DNA of 64,000 nt. Origin: an uncultured virus (IMG/VR IMGVR_UViG_3300028888_002345) (taxonomy: Duplodnaviria > Heunggongvirae > Uroviricota > Caudoviricetes). Position 1 is the stretch's first letter. Each line of letters starts with the position of its first letter. Where the stretch lies: the IMG/VR virus record IMGVR_UViG_3300028888_002345; one strand, written 5' to 3'. Both the position numbers and the translations under genes were made by a program. The notes under the pieces are model-generated. The model was not told where the DNA came from, ran no database searches, and worked only from the letters and a program-made list of their open reading frames with translations. Shown in pieces: positions 13,168 through 28,767 of the stretch.

Positions 13168-16100
13168 TTATGTTGATGATGTTCCTGTTATTAAACCATT
13201 AGTAAAATTAATTGTTAATTGTCCTTTTGTTCCAGTTAAATCTTTTAAATATTCAATAGTTACAAAACCTGTTTTACTATTAGATATGGAATTATAACTT
13301 GTAGCAATACCAGATTTAAAAACAATACTTCCTCCTAATATAGTCATTTCTCCATTTACTCCAGAGCCACTAGAACCATCTGAAGCAATCGCAGTAATAT
13401 TTCTTAAAGAAGCATTTACAGCTGAAAAACTTTGAGTGACAGCAGCTTTTTTCATTGTTACTTCTCCTGTAAAATCCGCAAAAACCGCATTTAAAAAAGA
13501 AGCTGTAACTTTTGTTGCTACTATAGCTTCTCCCCAATCATCCATGCTTGGATTCCCAGATCCATAAGAACTATTTCTTACAGGAGTATTAGCACTAATA
13601 AAACCGCCTCCACTACCTCCGGATCCTCCGGAAGATAATCCACTACTAGTTAATCCTACATTTGTAATCGGCAAATTATTAGCACCACCACTTGCTATAT
13701 ACCAACCATTTCCTGTTAATTGAGTTTCATTTATAGTAATTCCACCAATTTCTCCCTCTTTAGCTTGTAGTTTTCCATTATTATCTAATTTAACCTTTCC
13801 ACTAGAAGATTGAATTGCTCCGCCTATAATATTCCAATTTCCAATAGTTCCACCTTGAGCATTTATATTATAAAAATTAGCAGTTCCATCCCAATTAATA
13901 GAATATCCAGCATTACTATTATTATAATTTTTACTACTTATATTTCCATTACTATAAATATTAATTCCATTAGTACCAGAACTAGAATATAATCTATTCT
14001 CTTCAATATTCCAACCACCAATTTTACCTTTCTTAGAATAAAACTTACCTTCATTATCAACAGCAAAGTTTAAATTGCTATCAGAACTTCCCGATCCTGC
14101 CCAAAAACGGGCAGCAATAGTATTATTAGTAAAAGGATTATTTGATCCAAAATTTTTTACCCCTAAACCAACATTACCATTAGTAAGCTAATCTTTTTCT
14201 ACCTCCCAAGGTCCTATCTGGGCACTATTTGCCCAAACTTTTCCATCATTGGTAACAGCAAAAGAATCTTCAGACCAAATTCTTGGCTAAATAGCTTCAT
14301 TTTGGTTATAAAAAGTATTAGCGGCAATAGTTTTTCCTTGACCTAATCCAACTTTACCATCAGAAAGTTTATCTTCATCTATATCCCATTTAGCAATTTT
14401 ACCATTAGTAGTAGTTAAAAACCCATCTGGAGTAACAGTAAAAGTTCTATGAGAATAAATAGCATATTCTTGAGTCTCATCTGATTCAAAATATACATTT
14501 CCATCTGAACTAGAAAGTCTTGTATCACCTATTTGCCAACCAGCAATTTCTCCACCGCCTTTAGCAACAAGATTTCCCTCTCTATCAACAGTGAAATGGC
14601 CTGAACCAAAATAAATATGTGGATCAGTTAAATCAATCTCTAAACCGGCGCCCGCAGTTGTTCCAGGACTATAATTGTAATTACCAGAATAAATTTTAGC
14701 AGTTTCTGAACTAGGATCAATAATAATTTGAGAATCATTATTTTTGCCAAAAACAGATTTACCAGTCTATGCATCTAAAAATAAAGTTCTTTCACCTTTA
14801 TTATATCCCATTAAACCAGTATCTGTATCACCACTATTATTTTTTACATCTCCCATTAAGATACCGGTAAAACTATTATCATTCTATTTTTTACCAGCAC
14901 CAACCTGAGGAGCAAGAATAGTATCTCCTTCAGCATTTAATTGAATGCTATTTCCATCCCATCCATTAAGAGCAGAATGTCCATAGCGATTAAGAATCAT
15001 ATATATTGGAATATGAATAATACCAATATTCTAAACCTATACAACAACAGCAGAACTTAAATCACTACCATCAAAATTATTTTTAGGTTTAAAATATTTT
15101 TTATTATTTTCTAAACCTTTATTTCTTAACTAATCCTATTCTATATTACCTATTGAATACCATTCATAATTCTTAATACTGTTATCTTTTTCCCAATAAT
15201 CACCATTAGCTTTTTCTACAATAACTTCAAAAGGTAAAGTATTATCATAGTCTGGTCTAGTACCATCCTCTAAATATACAGCATATTTAAAACCAGATTT
15301 AGGTCTAACTTTTAATCTATACCCAGTTTCTACAAATTCAGTACAAACAGGATATTCCGCAAAATACTTTAAATTATTTTGCTATCTACCCAATCCATAT
15401 TGAGCACGGATAATATTAACTGGTTTATCATTTTGTATATCCTATATTGTTTTTCCTACTACTCTTAAACGAGGACTTGTCCATGTATTATTATTAGAAA
15501 GATAAGTAATAACATTTCTAGAATCTATACCAATATCATTTTTTGTGGCAGGAGGACAACTCCAATAGTCAGCTTCATCTGAAACTTTTATACTATTATT
15601 ATACAACTAAAATTTTAAATTTTCAACTGTTGCTCCATCATCATCAAAAATAATAGAAGAGTCCTTATCAGAAATATAAATTCTATCTGTACTATTAGAA
15701 GCTACAATTTTTGCTACAAAATCAGTTCCGTTAGTTCCTGGATCTCCATCTTTAGGAAAAGTAAAATCAGTATAAGCATCTAATATAATATCTTTAAACT
15801 TTATATTTAACCAAATATAATTTATATTATTTTTAGAATCATATCTATCTGCAATAGAATAAGTAAAAGAAGGAAGATTATTATAAACAGTATATTTATC
15901 CGCGGGAAGGGGTAAATCGGCACGCGTAACAGTTAAATCTAACTATCCAGGCTATCCTTCTATACCATTATTACTAAAAAGTAAAGTTTGCACATTAGGA
16001 ATAATCCATTTTACCCAACCATTATTTATAATCTGATTATAAGTGATTTCTTTACCTTCATTATCTAAAAGAGTAAAAGTTAATGGCAATATATCAATAG

Positions 16101-17871
16101 GCTTGTCAATTTGAGAACTTGCCGGGCTATTTCCTTTATTATCATATTGGAATACTTGTGTACCGTTCTAAATATTTAAAGAATACATTCCCTATAATTG
16201 AGTTTTATTATAAAGAGTAATACTAGCTGTACCTTTATATTTACCATTTTGAGACACAGCACAAGTTATAATAGAATAGTTTGAAATAGATTTAATAGGA
16301 AAATTATAATATATATTTCCATCAATTCTCTATTCGTCTTTTATATTATTCCAATTCTAAATAGCTGTCTAATAATCTCCATTTGGAATTGATACATACT
16401 ATTGTCTACTCGCGGCGGCCAGGTTATTAGCTCTTTCAATCTAGCTATTATATGCCAACTAAGCTTGGTTGTATTCTATATTTAATTCTGGAGTCTAGGA
16501 TTTTTGAACCGCGCTGCCGCGTTCTGGTTTAACACTCCAAATATATTCACAGTTCTATAACCCACTCTAACAAGTTAAAGTTGGACTACCATTATCTAAA
16601 TAATAAATAGTTTTATTAACATTATTCTATATTAAATCACTTGATTTAATCATAATATTATTATTTACATTATTATTAATAATCTAAACATCTCCGGTAA
16701 TCCATTCTCTATTGTTATAAACTGCTACACAACGTATCTTATTTACTTTTGAAATAGCTAAAGCTGTATTATTAATAAGATCATCTTCAGAACTATTAAA
16801 ATAAAAAATACCGTTTGTTTTAGGAGTAAAAGAAGATTGAGAATAGTAATTTAAACACTCCCATCCATCTCCTGCATATGCAGAATATTTTCCTTTGCTT
16901 CCTTTAAAAACCATTCCATTCTATCTAAACCAATAGTATTTTATATTATCTGTAGTAATTTTACCATTAATCTTTAATTGTGCATTAAGTTTTATACTTT
17001 CAATTTCTGAATTTAATATATTTCCATTCTAAGAATAATCTATATGTAGAACATAACCATTTAATTCATCATCTGTTAAAGCTGTTGCTCCATTAATAGT
17101 AATATTAGAAATAATAATATCTTTTATATCTGATTTATTTTCATCTTCCGGGAAATCATTACAATAAGCATATACTGAATCTACTCTTATAAAATTATCT
17201 ACATCAATATCTTTTATTAAAACTTGAACAGGTGTCTATGTAGGTAAATTGTATGGATTTCCTATTACATCTTGAGTATTAACCTAAAAAGTCCTAATAA
17301 CTTCATTTCCAGTTAAATTATCTTTAAATACAAGATTGAATCTTATTCCATAAATACCACCAGATTGACTACTAGCTAATTTTGTTCTAACATTCATTCC
17401 TAAAATTATACTATCACCAGATTTAATATAATTTGATATATCTTGTAATGAAATATATCCATTATTTACTAAATCAATAATCTAGTTAACATAAGATGAT
17501 AATTTAATATCTTTTTGTACTATTGTACCAGTTTTACCAATAATATTACATAAATCACTAGATAAAGGAATCTATTGATAATTAGTAGCAATATTATTAA
17601 TTCCACCTATAATAGTTTTTGTTCTAGAAAAATCATTTCCTGGAATAAGTACGGAAACCTATTGATTTTTTTCATATGTTATTTTAGAACTAGTAGCGTA
17701 AGCCTAAAATATACTATCTTGATATTTAACTTGATATTTTCCTATTGTTGAATCAACAACATTATAAATTAAACCTTTTATTGTTTTATCAAAATTTGCC
17801 TGAGAGATTTTTTTATCAGCAATAATCTATATTGCTTCAACAATAGCATTTTCTCTCCATGTATCACTCAT
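13168..17871 (-). CDS. Large tail tip / central fibre protein (~1567 aa, TAG read-through)
   Basis: MSDTWRENAIVEAI*IIADKK...; follows the tape measure gene; repeated G.I(G/A).W.I motifs; track ORFs 16684-16914 and 13168-13674 in the same frame. Confidence 0.7.
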
Positions 17872-17892
17872 ATAAATCTCCTTTTTCTCTCA

Positions 17893-17924
17893 TTAAAGAG
17901 AGAAGTAAAATACTTCTCTCTTTA
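17893..17924. terminator. Terminator-like hairpin after the tape measure gene
   Basis: AAAGAGAGAAGTA-aaa-TACTTCTCTCTTT inverted repeat. Confidence 0.55.
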
Positions 17925-20900
17925 ATCTCTATATTTTGAAGCTTTCATGCTAGCCATATTAACAAGATTTTCAAATGCCTGCTCAATTTCTGTATGTTGA
18001 GTAACATTCGGGAAGTTTGCTTCAATATGAACATTTTGATCTAATTGTTCAGTATTATTTATTCCAGCTAAGAATCCATTTGCTCCATTTGCTAAAGCAG
18101 AAAGTCCACTATCTGCAACACTGCCAAAAGCACTCGTAATTGCTCTTACAGTTTGAACTGCTCTAAGTATATTAAGAGTATCTTCTTGATTTAATACTAA
18201 CTCTTTTTCATGTAAGAATGCTAATCTTCCTGAAGCATCTCCCCAACTACCTGTAGATCCACCAGTGTCAAAAGTAGCAATAGCCATTTGAGCTAAGAAT
18301 TTTTCATATTCTGCCATAAGGGCATCTATTTGCTGCTTAACCGCCGCCGCGTCTACAGCAGGATTTCCAGTAAAATTATTACCAGCAGTAGTATCTAAAT
18401 TCATTCCAGTTACATTAATATTATCAGCAGTAAGGTCAGATCCATTTAACTGTTGTCCAGTATTATATGCACTTCTTAAATTAGCAACTAATGTTTCAAC
18501 ATTCATTACCTTGTTCATATACTAATCTAACCAACTCATTAATTCCTGAATTGCTGCAATTTGAGCTTCACAACTCTTTATCAATTCATCATTTGTTGTA
18601 ATTAAGTTTTGAGCATTTATAATATTATTATCTAAAGCAGTATCTGCAGCAGAAGTAACTTCTGATATAGTTTCTAAAGATGTTCCTGCGTCATTTAAAA
18701 ACTATTTAATATTCTAATCATATTCAACTGTTGCTTTATTAATCTAATCTAATGCATTATGAGTTGCATTTAAAAGACCGCCCTAGCCAACAATATTATT
18801 TGCAAGGTCTTGAATATTACTATTTACTTGTGGAATATTCTGCATCATAAGTTCCATTTGCTAATCAGCAGACATAAGAGCAGTATCAATACCCATTCCT
18901 CCAAAGAAAGAATTATTTAAATATTGTAAAGCATATCTATTATCTTCAGTAAGACCACCCATTAAATCATTGGCACTTTCTTTTAATAAATCAATTCTAG
19001 ACTGAATTCTTGCTCTTTCTTCTTCATCTTGAGTATTATTATATTCTTCAGTTAAATCTCTCATTTTATCTAAATAATCTTTATATGCATCATATAAATT
19101 ATTAAGATTTTCTGTATAATGCTCTTTGTCCATATTATATAAATTAGCTTGAGCATCAGCTAATGCAGATTGAAGTTCACTAAGTTTCTACTCATCAGCT
19201 ACATATTGATAAGTATAATTACCTTGACTATCTCTTCTAAGTCTCATCTTAGTTTTATTATATCTAGCTTCTTCAAGAGCCATTTTAGCTTTTTCAACTT
19301 CAAGAGCAGCTTTAGCACGATCTATATCATATTGAGTAAGATTATCTTTTTCTCTTAATATTTTTAACTGGTCATTCATTAACTTATTAATCTTTTGCTG
19401 ATTAGAAGGCGAACCAGAAAGACCATCAATAGCCTACTTATAAAGGTCAGTAACCTCTTGAATTCCCATTCTAGATTCAAAAGTATCAAGGAAATTATCA
19501 TCAAAATTGTTAATATAATCCCACTGCTAGTCTAAATAATCTAAACCGCGGCCGCCGCTTAATGCATTATTGAGTTTGGCTATAATTCCGTCAATACGAT
19601 TCTACCATTGATCGGATAGATTCTATATCATATCTTCAAGTTTAGAATTTAAATTATCAGTTACATCATCAAGATTCTTTTTCATTTCTTTCCAAGCTTC
19701 TGATCCAACTGTTTCATTATTCATTAAATTCTGCCAATAATCTTGCTGCATTTTTAAGCTTTGCAATTCCCGTTCATTATTAGCTTTTTGAAGATCATAA
19801 TATTTATTCATCGTGTCATATGCTTTATCGCCATAAAGTAAATCTACAAGTTTTACATTATGCTCGATAAGGTCATTTACACGCTCGTATTGATCTATCT
19901 GATCATCCATTTTCTATTTTGCATCATCTAAAGCATCAAGGTAATTATCTTTAATGTCATCTACAAGGTCTTGAATATTTTCTAAGTCTTCCATTTGTTG
20001 CTTCATATACTATTCAAGGTCTTCCTTTGCTTGTGCAAGATTATCCCCGTAGATAGCAGATGTGCCGCCGCGCTACATAATAGCAATTTCATCACGAATT
20101 TTTTCTATTTGTTTTGCAGTCTATTGAACTTGGTCAGAGTTAAAATATGACATTAGTTCTTTTACATTTGCTTTTGCTGACCCTAAGAAATCATCATCAC
20201 TAAGTTTCTTAATAAACTTATTTTCAAATTCTAACCAATCTCGTTCAAATTCACCTGTATCTAAAGAAAGGTCTACTTTTATTTTCGACATAGCAATAAG
20301 ATTTTCATACATTTTCTATATGATTTCTTGTTGCTGGTCTGCAATATCTTTTTGAAGATCTAAAGTATCCTAATATTCTTTAACATTGCTCTTTATTGCA
20401 TCATATTTTTCTTTTTCTACATCTAATGCTCTTTGAGCCTATTTCTTAATTTGATCCATTAAATCTTTTTGTCGATCAAGCTAAGTTTTATTTTTCTCTT
20501 GAGCCTATGCAGACATAGAATTATAATTAGCAACATAGTTATTATATGCTTTTTCAGCATCAGCTACTTTTCTATTATAATCAGCTATAGAATCGTTATA
20601 ATTATCTCTAGCCTTATCTAAAGCTGCATTGTAATTAGCTATTGCTCCATCTGGATCAAACTGAATACTATTGCCTAAATCTCCAATAAGTTCATTACGA
20701 AGTCTTACAAGTTCTGAAGCGGCTATACCAGATTTCTAATCAAGAAGATCTTTTTGTTTTTCAAGTTCTTTATTTTGCTCTTGAAGATTTTCGAGTCTAT
20801 CTCGATTAACAAGTTTTTTCTATTTGTTTTCAATGTCATCAAGTTTATCTTCTTGCTCTTTCAGAGCGAGATTTACGTCATGGTATACATCAGAACGATC

Positions 20901-23900
20901 TGTGATAGAAGATTTTGCTTCTGATAATTGCTGAGGTTTTATAACAGTTGGTTTCTTGGTGGAACCTTTGCTTCCTCCACCACCACCTTTTTTACCTCCA
21001 CCTTTAGAAGGTGTTCTTCCTGCTCTTGCGGCAGGTTTATTATAACTGCTAATCTTACCACCAGAAGACTTATGGGCACCAATTACTTCTAATGCAGTAG
21101 CAGCAGATTGTACAGAACCTTCTACAACTTCAGTTAAAGTTTTTGGTCTATAAACAGGAACAGCAGTTGTAAAAACTCCTGGCATAACAGAAATATGAGG
21201 ACCAAAATCACCTTGTGTCTAACTTATAATAGGATAAGTATAATTTCCTCTTACGTAATCAACATCATAATCTTGACCAGGAACAACAGTTTGTTGAGGA
21301 ACTTCTTGAGTTTGAGATACCATTTTAGCATCTACACCTGCAGCTTGAGCAAAATGATCTGATGCTAAATATCCTGCTTGTTGAGCTTGTTCTATAGCAG
21401 CATTTAACCCTGCTTCATATGGTGCTAAATCAACATCAAGACCTATTCCAGATAATCTAGCCTAAATTTCTTCTTGTGCGTATCCTGCTTGTTCCATAGC
21501 AGTAACAAGTTGTTGAGTAAAAGCTAAAAGATCTAAATGAGCCTAAGTATTTATATCAGCTCCCTATTCTAAATCTGCTATTTCTGCTAAAAATAATTCC
21601 TAGTCTCCGTTAAATTGAGATAGATCAATTCCTGTATTTACTAAAATATCCTAAGCAGCAAGTTCTTGAAGTTCTTTTAATCCTTCTCCTCCTTTGTCTG
21701 CCATTTCAATAATTTCTTGTAAATGTTTAGAGACAAAATCATCGCTTAAGGCATCAGCAGTAGTATCAAAAACATCTGCAATAGTATCTTTTAAAGCCTA
21801 CCAATCATCAATTGCAGCTAAATCACCTTGTCCATATCTTTCTAATACTTTTAAATAGTCATCTGCATTAGTATAAAGATCTTCAATAGCTGTATTTAAT
21901 TTTATATATCTAACAGCTGCATCTGCAGCAAGTTCTGAATTTTCTTGTAAAACAGAATTTCCTCTTGATAACTAAGCAGCTACCGATTCAATTTGATTAG
22001 CACTCAATCCAGTAGCCTATGCTAACTCGGCAGATCTTAAAGATAATTCTAAAGTTGCAGTAGCATTAGCTAAAGTTTGTTCATCGCCATTTTGAAGAGC
22101 ATGAACATAATTATTTAATTCAGTTTGGCAAGATTCATATTGAGAAGCTAAATTTCCTAATGTATTTTGATAATCTTCAATAGTAATTAACTGTTTACCA
22201 AGAGCATTTTGTAAAGTTTCACTATCGGTAATTAAATTTTGTAAAGAAGTAGAAACCTATTCTTGAGTTAAATCTCCAGACTTTATAGAATTTTGCATTG
22301 TTTCAAGAAGCAGATTATTAACATCATGCAAAGCATCTTGATATGTCATTGTACTTTGCATCCAGTCCGTCTGAAGAATTTGTACTGCATTACTTATCTA
22401 TGGATAAGTATCTTTTAAAGAATTTAACTGATTTTGTAATTCCTAATACTAACTAGAACCTTTTTTAATTTCTCCTGAAGCAAGCTGATTTAAACCACCA
22501 AAAATATCAATATTACCCATAGAAGCAACAGATCGTTTAGCTTGTTCAAGAACTTCTTTCCAGTCATCTGTCGCATGATATAAATCAGTAAATTTTTCAA
22601 TTAGAAGATCTGTTTCTGATGCACTTAAATTAACAGGTAATTCCATTTCTAATTCATCGAGTGGAATATTTACCCATTGATGTGTACTCTCAGATATTTC
22701 TTGGGTTATACGTTCTCTTATTTTTTGAGAATTAGGATTTGTAATAGTAAAATTATCATTTTCAGCAATTTTACTTAAATCAATTTCAATGCCAAAAGTA
22801 TTCTAAATTAAAGTTTTAATAGCTTCTCTTATAGAATCATCTTTTAACATCTAAGCTAATTCTTCATTATTTAATAATACAGTTTTTAATTTTTCAAAAA
22901 TAGCAGTTTGCTTCTAAGCTAATGTAGAATAAGTCTATTCATTTATCTATCCAACTGCATTAAGAAGATATTGTTCTAAAGAAGAAGATTTTCCTTCAAC
23001 TTGATATTTACTAGAATCTGTATATAACGCCTAATTAATTTTAGTAATAAAACCATTAGGACCACTAAGATATTTTTCAACAATTAAAGTTTCAAAATCT
23101 TCAAAACCCTATAAATTTTCTCTAGAAGCCTAACCACTTTCTACTAAACCTTCTATATAAGAATTAATTAGCCCATCCATTGATTTAGAGCCAGCATCTT
23201 TAGCTTTTACGTATTCCTAATTATTAGCTTGTAAAAGGCCTAAAACATGATCTAAATGAGCTTTACTATCTTCGGCTAATTTTTTATTTTCTTCTTCTAC
23301 TTTTGAATTATAATTTTTAAGAGCCTATAAATCTTGCTAAGAAGATTCTGACAATGTTATTCCAATACTTTTTAAATTAATTAAAAGATTATCTAAATTA
23401 GAAGAATTTTTTATATAAGCCTAAACACCCTATTCTTGAATATTATTTAATTCTTCTATATATTTTATATACTATGGTCCTTTAGAACTAAGTGTTTCTC
23501 TTAAGCTATTTAAATTATCTTCAAAAACTCTACTTAAATCTGACTAAGTTTTTGCTTGTTCTGATCTAGCTATCTATCTTTGTGACTAATATTGAACTTG
23601 ATAACCTCTTCTAGCTTCTTGTCCTTCTTGTCCATTATAAGTAGACTAAATTTCAACTTGACGCTTTTCTTTTAATAGTCTAATAGTCTATTCTAAATTT
23701 GTATTAACATCAACAATAGCATTACCTTGCTAATCATATCCTAAAACAGCAGCTGAATTATACTAAGCAATAAGATTACTTAATTCATAATATCTATTTT
23801 TTTCTTCTTCTGTTAAATTGTTTATTGTTGAATTATAGGCGCCAGCTTTTTTAGCTAATTTATCCCATTCTCCAAGTCTTGCTGATATTAAAGTATCTTT

Positions 23901-26831
23901 ATTATTATTATATTTTTGAAGATTATTATTTAACTCTTCTTGTTTTTCATTAAATTTTTCAATAGCCTATTCTGCCTATTTTACAGACATTGTAAAATAA
24001 TCATAAGCTTTAATTGTAGCATAAATTGTAGCTGCAGCTATCGCAATCACTATACCAATAGGATTAGCTGCCATAGCTGTATTAACTTGCTCTTGAGCAG
24101 CAGCTTCTGCTCTTTTGGCTGCAACTAATTCTTGCTCTGCTAAAATTTCAGCTTGCGTTGCACGAGTTTCCGCGGACTTTGCTATTGTTAAAGCCTTAGT
24201 ATAAGCAGTTAATGCTCCAGTGAGTCCTATTTGACCTGCATCTACCTTTGCTTTTGTTTCATTAACTGTTGTTTGAAAAGATAAAACTTTCGTATGAGCA
24301 GCTTCAACCGCTGTCTGAGATTTTTTTAAAGCAATCTAAGCTGTTTCTACTGCTGTTTTAGTTTTTGTTAAAGCTAAATTAGCAGTTTGAATTTTTCCGT
24401 TAAGATCTAAAGCGGCAGACCAAGCAGTCGTAACAGTCTTTAACTGAGAAAAAGTACTTATTAAATTAGGAATTGCTATTCCTATACTCATTATTGTTTG
24501 AAGAAATTTTTGACCTGTTGATAAAGACTAATCAGACCAAATATTTTTTAAATTGGCTAATGAATTTAATGCACTTGCTAATCTACCTACTGCAGCAGTA
24601 GATTGTACTATACCATTAATATTAGCAAATTGTTTTATATTCTATAAGTATTCTTCACTTGCTCTTTTAGCCAATTCTAAAGCAGAAGCAGCTTCTTTTG
24701 CTTTAGCTTGCGTCTAATCTAAAGATAAAACTAAATTTATTCCTGTATTAGTTTGACTTGCTATCTGTTCAGCAGCTATCCTAACTGCTCTTAATTCCTG
24801 ATCAGTAGCTTGAGCAGGATCTTTTATAGAAGCTATTGCTTTTTTAAACTAATCAAAAGCAGGTACAGCAGAAGTATCAACTATTTTACTTAAATCTTCT
24901 ATTTGAGTTTTTAAAGCATTAAATTTATCAGAATTTCTAAGTTGTCCTAATCCACCCTTGCCAGAAAAACTAGACAACATTTCTTGTAAAGCATCTTTTT
25001 CATCAACAGCAGTCTATAAACCACCTTTTAATGCTTTTTCAAAATTATTTGCAGCTTGAATTTGCTCATTTAAAATTGTAAGCTTATCTTGCTAAACACC
25101 GATTTGTTCTACAATACTACTATATTCATTTTTTTGAGCATCAGTCATAAAAGAATAATACTGTTGTGCTGCTTTTTTAGCATCTACCATTGCAGTAATA
25201 GCACCATCTTTATAACCTTGAGACTACCCAAAAAGTTTTGTATTCTAAATATCCTATTTTATTTTTAAAGCATTGTTTTTAACATTTTGCATATTAGTAA
25301 CGATATTATTAATTTCTTTACTAATAACGCCACTAAATAAAGTTGTTAAACTTGAACCTAATAAAAGAAGGGCATTTCCTCCTCCTCCAATAGCTTCTAC
25401 AAAATTTCCAACAAGATTAACTAAAGTAGTTCCAATAGAAACTAAACCCTTTAAACTTTCTTCATCTATAAGAGCATCTTTTACTCTCTCGCCCGCAGCG
25501 CCAAATTGTTCCATTTTAGCTTCAAGAGAATCCATATATCTAGCATTTTTCTACATGGTTGTTCCTTGAGCATCTAAAGAAACATTAACAAGATCAGTAT
25601 ATTTACTCCAATTATCAAATAAAGCAATAAGATTATTATACTGTCTTTGACCTGCCATTGTTCTAGCAAGATAAATTTGTTGTTCACGAGAAAGTGTCTA
25701 CCATTTTCCACCAATCTCATCAAGAACATCACCAGTATCTCTTAAATTTCCATTAGCATCTAATACACTAAATCCAATAGACGCCATTTGTTTAGAATAA
25801 TTACCAAGAGATACTTCAGCATCATCTGCTCCAGTTGTAATATCATTAATTCTAGAATAAATAGTCTTTAAAGCATTACCAACTGATTCTGGTGCTTGTC
25901 TAGTTGTAGCAACAATAGTAGCAATCTGAGCATTTAAATTATCAACAGGAACACCTAATGCATTAGCAGATGAAGCAACCTTACTCATAGCTACTGCTAA
26001 CTAACTCATGTTAGAAGCACTACTATCAGCAACAGCAGCAAGTTTATCTACATATAATTCAGCTTCCTAATTAGCTACTTTATAACCATTCCAAACAGCA
26101 GTTAAATAATCTGCCATTTCCTAACCAGCACCAGTAATATTTTGCGCTTTTAAAATAGTTTCAGTTCTAGTCTGAACCTATTCATCACTTAAACCTTGCT
26201 GATAAAATGTTAAAGCTGCTTTTGTATAATCCATAGTACTTCTACCAAGATTTTGAGCAGCATTATTTGCCTATTGAGCAAACTATCTCATTTGTTCAGT
26301 AGAATCACCAGTAACTATACGAATATCAGTTAAAGCACCATCCAAACTTTTAGCATATTGAAAAGCTTGTTGAACAGAATTAGTAAAACTATTCATAACA
26401 CTAGAAGCAATTCCCCACTTCACAGTGTTTGCCATAGTTTCACCCATTGCCGTAATTAAACTTTTAGTCTATTTTAACTGTAAATTAGTAGTTAAAACAG
26501 AACTAGCCATTTTACTAAAAGCAACTTGTCCTTGCGCGCCCGCCCCAGAAAAACTTTGATATATTTGATCAACAGTAAGGCCAGCAGTTTTTAATTGTTG
26601 ATTAAAAGTTGAAACATTTAAAGAATTTAAATTTACATTAAAAGCAGCATCTAATGCTTCCTAAACTTGTCTAGCAGTTGTTTTTATCTAATCTAGTTGA
26701 GTTTTAGTTCCACTAAAATCTTTTACTTTTATATTTTGTAAGTCTTGTAAAGACTTCTTTACAGCACTTACGCTTGCTTGATCAACGTTATACTTAACTC
26801 CAATATTAATATTGGTCTGATTACTAGGCAT
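17922..26831 (-). CDS. Tape measure protein (~2969 aa, many TAG)
   Basis: ATG 26831 with AGGAG RBS; nine track fragments (e.g. 25698-25988, 25254-25535, 20820-21185, 17922-18518) lie in this frame; TP901-type TMP segment (ESVGNALKTIYSRI, AGQRQYNNL) and C-terminal LAFLHEKELVLN. Confidence 0.85.
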
Positions 26832-26941
26832 AAACGTCTCCTCCTTTTATATCCTAAATCCTATGTATTTTTACATAAAAAAATTGCTCTCTTTGTAATA
26901 CATACAAAAAGAGCAATTTAAGATTATCTTATTTAGTCCTT

Positions 26942-27574
26942 TTAATTCTTCTTAGAAGCAGATGTTACTTTTAATTTCGGAGTCTAATTCGCGGGCGTAC
27001 TAACCGGTACCGTTTCTTGTCCTATAGGTGCCATTGGTTGATTAGTATTAATATTTCGACCACCATTCGCCGCAGTTACAAAATTCACTAATTCTGGATA
27101 TTTTTCTGTATCAAATGAGTCTATAATCTCTTTAGCAGCAGCTGCATTCTTCGGAAGGTCTTCTATAATCCTGGTAAGAACGGCCGCCGCGGTGTTTTTA
27201 TATTTAAGATTAGCCTTCTTCATAGCTTCTAGGCAATCTACCAACATTTGATATTCATCTACTCCGATTGCTGATATAACATCTGTAATAACACCATTTT
27301 GATTTAATATATCATATAACTTCATCTCATCTTCTCTGTCTTTTATTGAAAATTCAATATCTGTATAAAGATAGATTAAATTGAGATGAAAATAAACATC
27401 TAATTTAATTTCATTATATATTCCATTTTCTTCAGATTTTTGTAGAGCAATTTGAATAAGATCTATTACATCTGAAACTGGAATTGTTGATTTTACTTTA
27501 ATATGCTCTTCATTCTGAAGAGTAAGTTCTGTCTATTGAACAGAAGGTTTTAATTTTAAATCTTGAAAATTCAT
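26942..27574 (-). CDS. Probable tail assembly chaperone (210 aa, TAG read-through)
   Basis: Lies between the tail tube and TMP genes; extends track ORF 26984-27325 at both ends; has its own TTGACA-17-TAAAAT promoter at 27633-27605. Confidence 0.55.
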
Positions 27575-27634
27575 AGATTTTTCTCCTTTTATCTCTTTTT
27601 TATAATTTTAACATAAATTTTAATTTATGTCAAA

Positions 27635-28711
27635 TTAATTATTTTTTAAAATAGTTTGAAAATACTAAATTATATAATTATATAAAGCTTCGCTATTAGT
27701 ATTACTAAAATTCTAAATATGCTATCTTAACTAAGGAATGTTTATTTTCTAATTTTGTAATGTTGAAAAATTCTCTTTAAAAGCTTGTGCTATTCCAATA
27801 TTTCCTGTTATACTAGCTGTATGAAAAGCTTTTCCTTGTTTTATAGCAAATTGTAAATTTCCACTCTAATCATATTTTATATCACCACGAACAATACCAG
27901 GAATAGCATCTCCACTTGAAGAATATTTTGCTAATAATTCTATATAACCTTCTTGACTTAAAATATAATTAGGCCCATTTACAGGATTCATACTAATTGT
28001 AGGATAATCTAAAGCCAATTGAATATATCCCTATCCAAGAAAACCCGCTGAGGCTATACTTCTATCAAAATGTTTATAATGTCCGTCCTCACTAACTGCC
28101 CAATATAAAGTTCTTTTTGGTATACCACCTTCTATTATATCTTTATCAGTATAAGCTACTGTTTTATTATATCTTCTTTTACCTTCTATAAAAACACCTT
28201 TTTTATTTTGAGTTGCAAAAGTAAGTTGATCCTGTATCTTTTGACTCTATTCATTTAATTCAAAAGGATTAAAATTATATGCACGACCTTCAATGTATCC
28301 TCTATAAACTTGATCTTTATTCATATCATATTTAGATAAAGTTCCCTCTGCATACATATTTAAAACAGCCTACTAAGAAGCTAAATAAACAACTCCTGCA
28401 TTAGAAATCCAAGTTATAGGAATCTATCTTCCTAAAAAATTATTCCACTAATGCTAAAAAGCATGACTTAAAATTAACATCTATCTTAAAGAGTACTAAT
28501 CATCGTGCATTAATTTTCCTACTAAACTAATTCTTTCTTTTAAATTTTTTATATTTTGTAATCTATTTATATGTACATCAATAGCATTTAAATATCTTAT
28601 ACAAATCTATAAAAACTAATTTAAATCAATTTGCCTTTTCTATAAAATTCTTTGATTAGTTACTTTTTCAACAAGATTATATATTATTTCTTTAGCAATA
28701 GTTTGAGCCAT
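27635..28711 (-). CDS. Hypothetical protein (358 aa, TAG-rich)
   Basis: MAQTIAKEIIYNLVEK... to ...QTILKNN-TAA; missing from the ORF track. Confidence 0.55.
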
Positions 28712-28730
28712 AAAACATACCACCTAACAA

Positions 28731-28758
28731 AAAATAGGGGACTTTCGTCCCCTATTTT
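28731..28758 (-). terminator. Terminator after the tail tube gene
   Basis: AAAATAGGGGAC-tttc-GTCCCCTATTTT hairpin. Confidence 0.7.
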
Positions 28759-28767
28759 AATCTATCA

